64,000 bases of DNA from Anaerolineae bacterium. Lineage in GTDB: Bacteria > Chloroflexota > Anaerolineae > Aggregatilineales > Phototrophicaceae. The stretch lies in assembly GCA_026645945.1 (NCBI GenBank), contig JAPKMO010000001.1:7427-71426 (forward strand), in the 5' to 3' direction. Below, piece after piece: positions 8,197 through 17,584 of this stretch. The notes below the pieces were generated by a model. The model had not been told where the DNA came from and did not search any database. It was given only the letters and a program-made list of their open reading frames with translations. The stretch's first letter is position 1. Each line of letters begins with the position of its first letter. The position numbers were made by a program, and so were the translations under genes.

Positions 8197-9399
8197 TTAA
8201 TGGGTGGGCCGGTCTTTCGGCGGCTGAACGGCCATGAAATCGGTGATGAAACGCTGCGTATAGTCATTAAGCAGGGACTGGACGCGCGTCTGGTCTTCGG
8301 AAACGACAACCAGGCCGGCGTGGTGTTTTTTGTCAATGCGCCACACCACTTCCGGGTCATTATAGGCCGACATATCCGGGTATTCCTGGCGCGCCAGCGA
8401 CACCAGCAGCCCGCCGTGTTTGCGCCTGCGTTCGGGAAGCCGATAAACCTGGCCGCGCGCGTGGGCGATTTCCAGGCGCGCCCATTCGGCCCACAGGTTT
8501 AGCCCGGTGGCAGCCTCGATGAGGTCGGCGATAAACGCGCCGCCCACCCGCGCCGCGATCTCCAGAAAATAATAACGTCCTTCGGCATGGCTGCGGATGT
8601 ATTCAGCATGGGTTACGCCGTGCGGCAGGCCGAGCGTTTGAATCACCTGTCGGTTGAGCGCGTAAAGCGCCTGGGCTTCATCGGACTCCGGGGGCAGGGT
8701 GCGGGTCGTGAAAATGCCGCCTTCGTGCGCCACGTTCATCGGCGGCTGGCCGTACTGCTGGGCGCTGGCGAAGATGATTTCGCCCTCCCAGATGATCGAG
8801 TCGACGTGAAAAACATCGCCGGGGATGTACTGCTCCAGCAAAAAATGAGACTGCCGGTCGCCCAGGGTGTCCAGCCAGCGCCACAGTTCTTCCGGCTCGT
8901 GAATCTTTTTGATGCCCATCGCGCCGGCCTCGGTGCGCGGTTTGAGTAGCCAGAGCGGGGGAACGTGCCCCATGTAGTCCCGCAGGCGGTCGTAGTTAAA
9001 AACCGGCGTGAAGGGCGGCACGGCGATGCCGCCGTCAGACGCTTTTATCCGCATCGCCAGCTTGTCGCGGAAGAAGCGGGTGAGCGTTTGCCCCGCGCCC
9101 GGCAGCCGCAGATGCTCGCGCAGCGCCGCCACCGTTTCAACATCGTATTCGTCTAGCGCGAAAATACGCCGGATGTCCTGGGCGCGGCACAGATAGCTGA
9201 CGGCGTTTATCACATCTTGCAGGCGGCTCAGGTCGGGCATCAGCAAAAAATCGTCAATGCTCTCGCGCGGCCACTTTTCATCCTTCAGCTTTTCTTCGGT
9301 CAGCAGCAGCACCCGGCAGCCCTGGCGCTTGGCTTCTCGCAGAAAGGCTTCCCCCTTAAAATAGCTGGACAGGCACAGGATGGTTATCGGCTCGGACAT
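8197..9399 (-). CDS. ATP-grasp domain protein (carboxylate-amine ligase-like)
   Basis: RDKLAMR, LLKPRTEAGAMGIKK, LLEQYIPG, THAEY, FLEIAARVGG. Start inferred at ATG 9399 (MSEPITI) with GAGG upstream. Confidence 0.85.
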   Translation of the reverse strand: MSEPITILCLSSYFKGEAFLREAKRQGCRVLLLTEEKLKDEKWPRESIDDFLLMPDLSRLQDVINAVSYLCRAQDIRRIFALDEYDVETVAALREHLRLPGAGQTLTRFFRDKLAMRIKASDGGIAVPPFTPVFNYDRLRDYMGHVPPLWLLKPRTEAGAMGIKKIHEPEELWRWLDTLGDRQSHFLLEQYIPGDVFHVDSIIWEGEIIFASAQQYGQPPMNVAHEGGIFTTRTLPPESDEAQALYALNRQVIQTLGLPHGVTHAEYIRSHAEGRYYFLEIAARVGGAFIADLIEAATGLNLWAEWARLEIAHARGQVYRLPERRRKHGGLLVSLARQEYPDMSAYNDPEVVWRIDKKHHAGLVVVSEDQTRVQSLLNDYTQRFITDFMAVQPPKDRPTH

Positions 9400-9501
9400 T
9401 TTGTTTCCCTCTGGCGGCGCTCTCGGTTGAGGGATTATCATAACATTCGGTATCAAAATTACAATGTGTGGCTGACACCCCGTTTTTGGGGATTTTCTCA
9501 T

Positions 9502-9556
9502 TTGACAACCGCTGCGATTTCCCTTACGATGGGCAAGTTAATCAAATTAATTAACT
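9502..9556 (+). promoter_or_regulatory. Sigma70-type promoter with overlapping inverted-repeat operator
   Basis: TTGACA (9502-9507), 17 bp, TACGAT (9525-9530), then AGTTAAT-N7-ATTAACT (9536-9556), upstream of the MarR gene. Confidence 0.75.
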
Positions 9557-9595
9557 ACTTTTCCCATTTTTAGATCGTATATAGCAGATAGATGA

Positions 9596-10069
9596 GTGGC
9601 TATGGGTGGGGACAGCGAAACATTTGAGCTGGCACGCCGTTTTTTGCGCGTGCTGGAAGTGCTGGGCAGGCTGACACATTACCGAATGCCGGATGATCTG
9701 GCCGGACAGCTGGCGGTAAGCCACTTTAAGGCGCTGCATATCCTGCATCACCGGCCCGGTATAGCGCAAAAAGAGCTGGCCGACTGTATGGGGCTTACGC
9801 CGGCGGCCATCTCGACAGCCGTTCAGCATATGGAGTCGTTGGGTCTGGTCGAGCGTCGAAAGCTGCAAGAAGAAGGGGCAGACAGCCGCGTGATGTGTTT
9901 GTTCCTCAGCGAAAAAGCGGCGGCGTTCATTGAGGAGTCGCACGCGAGGCGCTGTGCGGCAGCAGCCGAACTGTTAAGCGCGCTGTCGCTGGATGAGCAG
10001 CGTATGATTGTCGAGGCGCTGGAACGCGCCATGAGGGCGAAGGAGTCGGAAGGGGGTATTGAGTTTTGA
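9596..10069 (+). CDS. MarR family transcriptional regulator
   Basis: 157 aa; wHTH (QKELADCMGLTPAAISTAVQHMESLGLVER) and wing DSRV. Confidence 0.9.
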   Translation: MAMGGDSETFELARRFLRVLEVLGRLTHYRMPDDLAGQLAVSHFKALHILHHRPGIAQKELADCMGLTPAAISTAVQHMESLGLVERRKLQEEGADSRVMCLFLSEKAAAFIEESHARRCAAAAELLSALSLDEQRMIVEALERAMRAKESEGGIEF

Positions 10070-10133
10070 GGCGCTGTGAGAGGATCGTTTACTGCCGGTT
10101 TCGCCTGATACGTTAAAGGAGAGGGGAATTAAC

Positions 10134-12074
10134 TTGCAAGCACAAGCCATACAAAACCGTCGTGGAGCAGGCCGCCCGCGTATGGACAACCGCAGCCTGG
10201 GGCGGGCAATTCGTTTCCTGGGCCGGCAGCGCCGCGCCACGCTCATCGCTTACGCCGCGCTGTTGATCGCCACCATCGCGCAGCTTGCCGTACCGCAGCT
10301 TGTCCAGAACATGATAGACGCAGTGACAGGCGGCACGGTGGCGAATGCTATACTCAGTATCGAGATGCCGCTCCCAGCGCTGACGGAAGCCGCGCAAAAC
10401 CTGGCCGCGCAGCAGGCCGGCAAAACACTGGAACAGCTTCGGCTTGACCAGGCCAATGCCGAAACGCTGCTGGTTAACGCCGCCATCTTCATCGCCGCTT
10501 TTGCGATCATGCGCGGCCTGTTCTCGTTTGTCCAGGCGTACATGGCCGAAAAAGTGTCGCAGGGTGTGGCTTTTGACTTCCGCAACGATCTGTTTGCGAA
10601 AATTCAGCGCCTTTCCTTCAGCTACCACGATCAGAACCAGACCGGCCAACTGATGATCCGCGCGACGGATGATGTTGAAAAGGTGCGCCTGTTCATCGCT
10701 CAGGGTTTGGTGCTGGCCGCGCAGGCGTTTATTTTGCTGACAGTCACGCTGGTGATTCTGCTGACCACCAACTGGCGGCTGACGCTGGTGGTGCTGCCGA
10801 CGCTGCCGCTGGCACTGGTGCTGTTCATCATTTTTGGGGCCGTCAGCCAGCCGCTTTTTGTCGAGGTGCAGCGGCGTATTTCGCGGATGAACACGGTTTT
10901 GCAGGAGGCGCTGGCGGGTATCAAGGTCGTTAAAGCGTTCGTGCGCGAACCATATGAGCAGAAACGTTTTGACCGTGCCGCCGATGATCTGTTTTTCCAG
11001 AGCATCAAAGTCAGCCGGACGTTCGCTTTCCTGTTCCCGATCATCTTTTTGATCGCTCAATTGGGGCAGGCAGCCATCTTGTATTTTGGCGGGCAGCAAA
11101 TTCTGAACGGTACGCTCAACTTGGGCGAGTACCAGAAGTTCAGCCTGTACCTGGTGTATGTCTTTTTCCCGCTGGGGCAGTTGGGGTTCATCATTTCGCT
11201 GATGTCGCAGGCGTCGGCTTCGGCCTCACGCATTTTTGAAATTCTCGACGCTCAAAGCGACGTGACCGACCGGCCCGATGCCATCACACTGCCGCCGATT
11301 GAAGGGCATGTTGAATTCAAAAACGTCACCTTCCGCTACTTCGGCAGCAGTGAGCCGGTTTTGAATGATGTGAGTTTTACCGCCGCGCCGGGGCAGACGG
11401 TTGCGCTGTTGGGCGCGACCGGCAGCGGTAAAACGACGATCATCAACCTGATTCCTCGGTTTTACGATGCCAGCGAAGGCGCGGTTTTGATTGACGGCCA
11501 CGACCTGCGCGAGGTGACGCTGGACAGCCTGCGTTCGCAGATCGGCATTGTTTTGCAGGAAACCAACCTGTTCAGCGGCACAATCCGGGATAACATCGCC
11601 TTCGGGCGGCCTGAAGCGACAATGGAAGAAGTGATCGCAGCGGCGAAAGCCGCCGAGGCGCACGACTTCATCACCAGCTTCCCGGACGGTTACGAGACGC
11701 CGGTCGGCGAGCGCGGCGCGACTCTTTCCGGCGGCCAAAAACAGCGTATTGCCATCGCTCGCGCCCTGCTGCTTAACCCGCGCCTGCTGATTCTAGACGA
11801 CTCGACTAGCAGTGTAGACCTGATGACCGAATACCGCATCCAGAAGGCGTTGGATAAGTTGATGATGGGGCGCACCAGTTTCGTGATCGCGCAGCGTATC
11901 AGCACGGTATTAAATGCCGACCTCATCCTGGTTATGGACAAAGGACAGGTGGTGGCGCGCGGCAAACACGAGGAGTTGATGGAAACCAGCCCGATTTATG
12001 CCGAGATTTACCACTCGCAGTTGGTGGGGGATGCCGAAATCGAGACAGTTGGCGACGCGCAGGAGGCTTCGTAA
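10134..12074 (+). CDS. Heterodimeric ABC exporter subunit (TM287-like, degenerate NBD)
   Basis: TTG start with GGAG RBS; TMD plus NBD; Walker A GATGSGKT, LSGGQKQ, Walker B LILDDS, switch IAQR. Confidence 0.92.
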   Translation: MQAQAIQNRRGAGRPRMDNRSLGRAIRFLGRQRRATLIAYAALLIATIAQLAVPQLVQNMIDAVTGGTVANAILSIEMPLPALTEAAQNLAAQQAGKTLEQLRLDQANAETLLVNAAIFIAAFAIMRGLFSFVQAYMAEKVSQGVAFDFRNDLFAKIQRLSFSYHDQNQTGQLMIRATDDVEKVRLFIAQGLVLAAQAFILLTVTLVILLTTNWRLTLVVLPTLPLALVLFIIFGAVSQPLFVEVQRRISRMNTVLQEALAGIKVVKAFVREPYEQKRFDRAADDLFFQSIKVSRTFAFLFPIIFLIAQLGQAAILYFGGQQILNGTLNLGEYQKFSLYLVYVFFPLGQLGFIISLMSQASASASRIFEILDAQSDVTDRPDAITLPPIEGHVEFKNVTFRYFGSSEPVLNDVSFTAAPGQTVALLGATGSGKTTIINLIPRFYDASEGAVLIDGHDLREVTLDSLRSQIGIVLQETNLFSGTIRDNIAFGRPEATMEEVIAAAKAAEAHDFITSFPDGYETPVGERGATLSGGQKQRIAIARALLLNPRLLILDDSTSSVDLMTEYRIQKALDKLMMGRTSFVIAQRISTVLNADLILVMDKGQVVARGKHEELMETSPIYAEIYHSQLVGDAEIETVGDAQEAS

Positions 12075-12079
12075 CGGCT

Positions 12080-14011
12080 ATGATGGGTGGACTGGACGGC
12101 GGACGCCGTTTACTTGAGCGAGAGATCAGCAGGCCGAAAAACGTCGGTGTGACGCTGGCGCGCTTCTGGCGCTACTTCCGGCAGCGGTGGTATGCGCTGG
12201 CGCTGGTGCTGGTTTTGATGATCGTCACGACCTGGATACAGGTGCTTGGCCCGCGTTTGATCGGGCAGGCCGTAGATTGTTATCTGTTTGCGCGGCCCGG
12301 CTCGCTGTGCTGGTACGACCCGACCATCACACCAGACGCCGATACCGCCGCCAAGCTGGCCGGTTTGCTGAACATCGTCGGTACGCTGGCGGTGGTGTTT
12401 GTTGTCGGTTCGGTCCTCAGCGGGCTGATGTTTTTCCTGATGACCTGGGCCGGCCAGGGTGCGCTCCGGCAGATACGTAAGGACGTGTTCCGTCATTTGA
12501 ACCGGCTGCCGCTGGGTTTTTATGCTGAAAACGAGGCCGGCAATATCATGAGCCGTTTCACCAGCGACTCGGAAACCATCCAGCAGGTGTTGAGTTTCGC
12601 GTTGGTGCAGGTACTCAGCGGCGCGCTGCTGATCGTCTGGATTATGGTCGAGATGCTCCAGACCAACGTGCCGTATGCGCTGATAAGCCTCTCGGTCGTG
12701 CCGTTTATGGCGCTGGCGACATTTTACTTCTCCGCGCAGGCGCGTAAGGCGTTCCGCCTAAGCCGGCGGGAGATGGGCAGCGTGAATGCCGATCTTCAGG
12801 AGAGCATCGCCGGGGTGCGCGAGGTGCAGGCCTTCAACCGCGAAGACGAAAATATCGAGCAGTTCCGCCGGGTGAACGCCGCTAACCGCGATGCCAACAT
12901 CCGCGCTGCCAGCTTTACCAGCGCGCTCAACCCGGTGCTGGAGGCGCTGGGTTATGTGGCGCTGGCTGTCGTGGTGGTGGCCGGTGGGCTGTCGGTGCTG
13001 CGGAACGAGCCGCTGCTGGGGACGGCGGTCATCTCGCTGGGGACGGTGATCGCTTTTTTGCAATACGTCCAGCGGTTTAGCCAGCCGATTCAGCAGATCG
13101 CCGTGTTGTGGACGAACATCCAGAGCGCGATTGCCGGCGGCGAGCGGATTTTTGGCCTGATGGATGTGAAGCCGACGATTGTGGACAAACCTGATGCGGT
13201 CGAAATGCCGCTCATCCAGGGGCAGATCGAGTTTGAGGAGGTCTGGACATCCTACAAACCGGACGAGCCAGTGCTGCGCGGGGTGAGCCTGCGCGCCGAG
13301 CCGGGCCAGACGGTCGCCATCGTCGGCCCGACCGGGGCCGGCAAAACCACCATCATCAACCTGCTGCCCCGGTTTTACGACGTGACCGACGGCGCAGTGC
13401 GGATTGACGGCCTGGACGTGCGGGATGCGCGTCTGGACAGCCTGCGGTCGCAGATCGGCATTGTGCTTCAGGATACCTTCCTGTTTTCCGACACGGTGAT
13501 GAACAACATCCGTTACGGACGGCTGGACGCGACCGACGACGAAGTGATCGAAGCGGCCAAACTGGTAGCGGCGGATACCTTCATCGAACGGCTGCCGCAG
13601 GGCTACCAGACCATCCTGGGCGAGCGAGGCAGCGGCCTCAGCCAGGGGCAGCGCCAGTTGATCGCCATCGCCCGCGTTGCGCTGATGAATCCGCGCGTGC
13701 TGATCCTTGACGAAGCGACTTCCAGCGTGGACACACGCACCGAGCGGCTGATTCAGAAAGCGTTTGAAAAGCTGCTGGAGGGCCGTACCAGCTTCGTGAT
13801 CGCGCACCGGCTCAGCACCATTCGTAATGCCGATCAGGTGTTGGTTCTGAAGGACGGTCTGATCGTGGAGCGTGGCACGCATACCGAACTGCTGGCGCAG
13901 CGCGGCGCGTACTACGACCTGTACATGAGCCAGTTCCGCCGCGAGGAGGAAACGCCACCGCCTTCGACCAACGGCAGCCGCGAACCGCTGCCGCTGCCGA
14001 CAGGGGATTAA
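12080..14011 (+). CDS. Heterodimeric ABC exporter subunit (TM288-like)
   Basis: TMD plus NBD; GPTGAGKT, LSQGQRQ, LILDEAT, IAHR. Confidence 0.92.
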   Translation: MMGGLDGGRRLLEREISRPKNVGVTLARFWRYFRQRWYALALVLVLMIVTTWIQVLGPRLIGQAVDCYLFARPGSLCWYDPTITPDADTAAKLAGLLNIVGTLAVVFVVGSVLSGLMFFLMTWAGQGALRQIRKDVFRHLNRLPLGFYAENEAGNIMSRFTSDSETIQQVLSFALVQVLSGALLIVWIMVEMLQTNVPYALISLSVVPFMALATFYFSAQARKAFRLSRREMGSVNADLQESIAGVREVQAFNREDENIEQFRRVNAANRDANIRAASFTSALNPVLEALGYVALAVVVVAGGLSVLRNEPLLGTAVISLGTVIAFLQYVQRFSQPIQQIAVLWTNIQSAIAGGERIFGLMDVKPTIVDKPDAVEMPLIQGQIEFEEVWTSYKPDEPVLRGVSLRAEPGQTVAIVGPTGAGKTTIINLLPRFYDVTDGAVRIDGLDVRDARLDSLRSQIGIVLQDTFLFSDTVMNNIRYGRLDATDDEVIEAAKLVAADTFIERLPQGYQTILGERGSGLSQGQRQLIAIARVALMNPRVLILDEATSSVDTRTERLIQKAFEKLLEGRTSFVIAHRLSTIRNADQVLVLKDGLIVERGTHTELLAQRGAYYDLYMSQFRREEETPPPSTNGSREPLPLPTGD

Positions 14012-14146
14012 AGGGGAATGCACTCGGTCCCGTCTCTCTCAGGGAGACGGTATGTAATGCGGGTTCATAAGCCCCTCGCAGATAGAGCGTTTTGGGGTGA
14101 GGGCAAACCAACAGATAAGCCATTTTGGGCAGAATGAGGTAGGATT

Positions 14147-14177
14147 AACCGCAGATTTCGGTCTGCGGTTTTTCTTT
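14147..14177 (+). terminator. Intrinsic terminator
   Basis: AACCGCAGA-TTTCGG-TCTGCGGTT followed by TTTCTTT. Confidence 0.8.
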
Positions 14178-14188
14178 GATGACAGGCA

Positions 14189-14212
14189 GACAAAGGGCTT
14201 AAGCCCCTTGTC
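14189..14212. repeat. REP-like palindrome (GGGCTTAAGCCC family)
   Basis: GACAAAGGGCTTAAGCCCCTTGTC, one mismatch. Confidence 0.7.
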
Positions 14213-14236
14213 CATACCACTTCAAAAGGCGGATTC

Positions 14237-15766
14237 ATGACACAAAAACTGGTTGAATGTATCCCCAACTTTTCCGAAGGCCGCCGCTCCCGCGTGGTGG
14301 ACGCGATTGTGAAGGCGATTGAATCGGTGTCCGGCGTGATTGTGCTGGATCGCTCCAGCGACGCCGACCACAACCGCACAGTGGTGACGTTCGTCGCGCC
14401 GCCGGAAGCGGCGGTCAAAGCGGCTTTCGCGGGCATTAAAAAAGCGTCAGAACTGATTGATCTTGACAAACATCAGGGCGAACATCCTCGGCTGGGCGCG
14501 ACCGATGTGGTGCCGTTTGTTCCGCTTTCCGGCGTGACGATAGATGAGTGCGTGGAACTGGCGCGGGCGCTCGGCGCGCGCGTGGGCGATGAACTGGGCA
14601 TCCCGGTTTACCTGTACGAAGCGGCGGCCACCCGCCCGGAGCGCACCAATCTCGAAAACATCCGGCGCGGCGAATACGAAGGGCTGAAGGAGAGCATCGC
14701 CACCGACCCGAACCGCGCGCCCGATTTTGGCCCGGCGTCGGTCGGGACTGCCGGCGCGACCGTCATCGGGGCGCGCGCACCGCTGATCGCCTTTAACGTC
14801 TACCTGGCGACCGACGATGTGAGCATCGCCAAAAAAATCGCTTCTGCCGTGCGGCATTCGTCCGGCGGGCTGCATTACGTCAAGGCGCTGGGGCTGCTGG
14901 TGGATGGCCGCGCGCAGGTCAGTATGAACCTGACCGACTACACGCGCACGCCGGTCGCCCGCGTGGTGGAGATGGTACGCCGCGAGGCCGCGCGTTACGG
15001 TGTGATGATACACCATACCGAACTGGTAGGGTTAATTCCACAGGCGGCGCTGGTGGACGCGGCGCAGTGGTACTTGCAGCTCGACCAGTTCGCGCCCGAT
15101 CAAGTGCTGGAAACACGGTTGTATGCGGCGATGGGGCAGGGCGAGGCCGAAACGCCGTTCACAGAGCGGCTGGCGGCAGGGACGGCCACGCCAGGCGGCG
15201 GGTCGGCGGCGGCTTATGCCGGGGCGATGGCGGCGGGGCTGGCGGCGATGGCGGCGCGGCTGACCATCGGCAAGAAAAAATACGCCGACGTGGAAGCACG
15301 GATGTACGAAATCGCGGCGCGGGCGGACGACCTGCGCGCCTCTCTCGAACGCGCCGTTGAATTGGACGCGCAGGCGTTTGACGCGGTGATGGACGCCTAT
15401 AAACTGCCGAAGGACACCGACGCCGAGAAAGCCGAACGCGAGGAAGCGGTCGAAGTGGCGACGCATGGCGCGGCGCATGTGCCGCTGGACGTGTGCCGGC
15501 AGGTGGCCGAGGTGCTGGAACTGCTGGCGGAGGTGGCCGAGAGGGGCAATGTCAACAGCGTGACCGACGCCGCTTCCGGCGCGGCGATGGGCGTGGCGGC
15601 CTTCACGGCGGCCAGCATGAACGTCCATGCCAACGCAGCGGGCGTGCGCGACAAGGTGGCCGCGCATGTATGGCTGAACGCGCTGGCCGAACTGCGCGCC
15701 CGGATGCAGGCGGCGGAAAATCGCGTTCATGCCGCGCTAAAGGAACGCGCGAAGCTGGAGATATAG
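14237..15766 (+). CDS. ftcD: Glutamate formimidoyltransferase / formiminotetrahydrofolate cyclodeaminase (bifunctional FTCD)
   Basis: LVECIPNFSEGR, DHNRTV, HPRLGATDVVPFVP, QVSMNLT; C-terminal cyclodeaminase TPGGGSAAA; in hut cluster. Confidence 0.93.
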   Translation: MTQKLVECIPNFSEGRRSRVVDAIVKAIESVSGVIVLDRSSDADHNRTVVTFVAPPEAAVKAAFAGIKKASELIDLDKHQGEHPRLGATDVVPFVPLSGVTIDECVELARALGARVGDELGIPVYLYEAAATRPERTNLENIRRGEYEGLKESIATDPNRAPDFGPASVGTAGATVIGARAPLIAFNVYLATDDVSIAKKIASAVRHSSGGLHYVKALGLLVDGRAQVSMNLTDYTRTPVARVVEMVRREAARYGVMIHHTELVGLIPQAALVDAAQWYLQLDQFAPDQVLETRLYAAMGQGEAETPFTERLAAGTATPGGGSAAAYAGAMAAGLAAMAARLTIGKKKYADVEARMYEIAARADDLRASLERAVELDAQAFDAVMDAYKLPKDTDAEKAEREEAVEVATHGAAHVPLDVCRQVAEVLELLAEVAERGNVNSVTDAASGAAMGVAAFTAASMNVHANAAGVRDKVAAHVWLNALAELRARMQAAENRVHAALKERAKLEI

Positions 15767-15780
15767 AGGTGAGATTAACC

Positions 15781-15940
15781 GCCAAGACGCCAAGAGCGCC
15801 AGGAAAGAACCAACCCCTGGCACTCGCGGGGCAGCCGCATGTAGGCGGGCGCACAGCCGTGCGCCCCTGCTGGCGTCTTGGCGATTCAAACTGTATTTAA
15901 GGTATAATTTAATGTAGGGCGCGGCACTGAGACTGCGCCC
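15781..15940. repeat. Nested inverted repeats / GTAG-type REP hairpins
   Basis: GCCAAGACGCCA (15781) ... TGGCGTCTTGGC (15871-15882) enclose GTAGGC-GGGCGCAC-AGCC-GTGCGCCC; a second GTAG-GGCGC...GCGCCC hairpin at 15914-15940. Confidence 0.65.
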
Positions 15941-15961
15941 GAATAATCTTTTTCGGAAGTT

Positions 15962-17533
15962 TTGATTATGCGCGTGATTGAACTCGATGGCGACGGCTTG
16001 ACGATTGACGATGTGGCCGCTGTCGCCGCTGCCTGGCGGCATCCCACTGAATTCACCGTTCGGGTATCCCCGGCCTCGCTCGAAAAAGTGAAACGTTCCC
16101 GTCAAGCGGTGGAAGATTTTCTGGCGCGGGGCGAGATCATCTACGGCATCACCACCGGCTTCGGCGACTTTAAAGACCGGCTGATTCCGCTGGACAAAGT
16201 ACAGCAGCTTCAGCGCAACATCATCATGAGCCATGCCGTCGGCGTCGGCCCACTGCTGGACGCGCCTGCCGTGCGCGCCATGATGCTCATTCGCGCGCAA
16301 ACGCTGGTCAAGGGTTACAGCGGCGTGCGCCCGGCAGTGATTGATACGCTGGTGGCGATGATTAACCGGGGCGTGTATCCGGTTATCCCGACCCAGGGAT
16401 CGCTGGGCGCGTCCGGCGATCTCGCGCCGCTGGCGCATATGGCACTGCCGATCATCGGCGAAGGTGAAGCGTTCTATGAAGGCGAACGGCTGCCCGGCGC
16501 GGAGGCCATGCGGCGGGCGGGAATCAAACCGCTGGAACTGGAAGCCAAAGAAGGTCTGGCGCTGACCAACGGCACGTCGTTTATGTGCGCGGTCGGCGCG
16601 CTGACGGTCGCGCGCGCCGAGATGCTGGCGAAAACGGCGGACATCGCGGCGGCTTTGAGCCTGGAAGCCCTGCGCGGCACGCCGGCGGCTTTTGATGAAC
16701 GCATTCATGCCGTGCGGGCGCATCCGGGGCAGGCCGCGTCGGCGGCGTTTTTGCGGCAGTTGTTACAGGGGTCGGATTTTCTCCGCTTGTTCGACCCGCT
16801 GGATGTGCAGGACGCCTACAGCCTGCGCTGCACACCGCAGGTTCATGGCGCGGCGCGGGACGCCATTGCCCAGGCGCGGCATACGCTGGAAGTGGAGATG
16901 AACTCCGCCAACGACAACCCGCTGATTTTCGTTGACGAGGCCGGCGCGACGGTGTTGAGCGGCGGTAATTTTCATGGCGAGCCGGTGGCGTTGGTGATGG
17001 ATTATCTCAAAATCGCGCTGGCGGAAATCGCCAACGTCAGCGAACGACGGCTGGCAAGGCTGATAGACGAGAAAGTAAACAAGCGGGTTTTGCCGGCTTT
17101 CCTGACCCGTGAAGGCGGTCTGAACAGCGGCTTCATGATCGTACAGTACACCTCGGCGGCGCTGGTGAGCGAAAACAAGGTGCTGGCGCACCCGGCCAGC
17201 GTGGACTCGATTCCGTCGTCGGCCAACGCGGAAGACCACGTTTCGATGGGGCCAATCGCGGCGCGGCAGGCGGCGGAGATCGCGGGCAATCTCGAAAATG
17301 TGCTGGCGCTGGAACTGTTCGCGGCGGCGCAGGGCATCCATTTCCGGCTGGAAACGCTGGGGGCCGGGGCGCGCTTGGGGCAGGGGACGGCGGCGGCATA
17401 CCGGCTGATTCGTTCGCGCGTGCCGGTGATTGAGGCCGATACGGTGATGTACCCGCACGTCGAGGCCCTACGCGAACTGGTCGAAACCGGCGCGGTGGCG
17501 CGGGCAGCGGGCGCCGCTTTAGAATTAGAATAA
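15962..17533 (+). CDS. hutH: Histidine ammonia-lyase
   Basis: YGITTGFG, MIO-forming GSLGASGDLAPL, QDAYSLRC, GGNFHG, EDHVSMG. Start could be ATG 15968. Confidence 0.95.
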   Translation: MIMRVIELDGDGLTIDDVAAVAAAWRHPTEFTVRVSPASLEKVKRSRQAVEDFLARGEIIYGITTGFGDFKDRLIPLDKVQQLQRNIIMSHAVGVGPLLDAPAVRAMMLIRAQTLVKGYSGVRPAVIDTLVAMINRGVYPVIPTQGSLGASGDLAPLAHMALPIIGEGEAFYEGERLPGAEAMRRAGIKPLELEAKEGLALTNGTSFMCAVGALTVARAEMLAKTADIAAALSLEALRGTPAAFDERIHAVRAHPGQAASAAFLRQLLQGSDFLRLFDPLDVQDAYSLRCTPQVHGAARDAIAQARHTLEVEMNSANDNPLIFVDEAGATVLSGGNFHGEPVALVMDYLKIALAEIANVSERRLARLIDEKVNKRVLPAFLTREGGLNSGFMIVQYTSAALVSENKVLAHPASVDSIPSSANAEDHVSMGPIAARQAAEIAGNLENVLALELFAAAQGIHFRLETLGAGARLGQGTAAAYRLIRSRVPVIEADTVMYPHVEALRELVETGAVARAAGAALELE

Positions 17534-17584
17534 GATTTTGTGGACGGGTTTCTAAACCCGCCCACATATTCAAAAGGTATTCTT

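Noticed and set aside
10113-14023. Long antisense ORFs (10113-11099, 12758-14023; likewise 15737-16723, 17963-18913, 52962-54080)
   Set aside because: They are shadows of well-supported genes on the other strand in GC-rich DNA, with no recognisable motifs.
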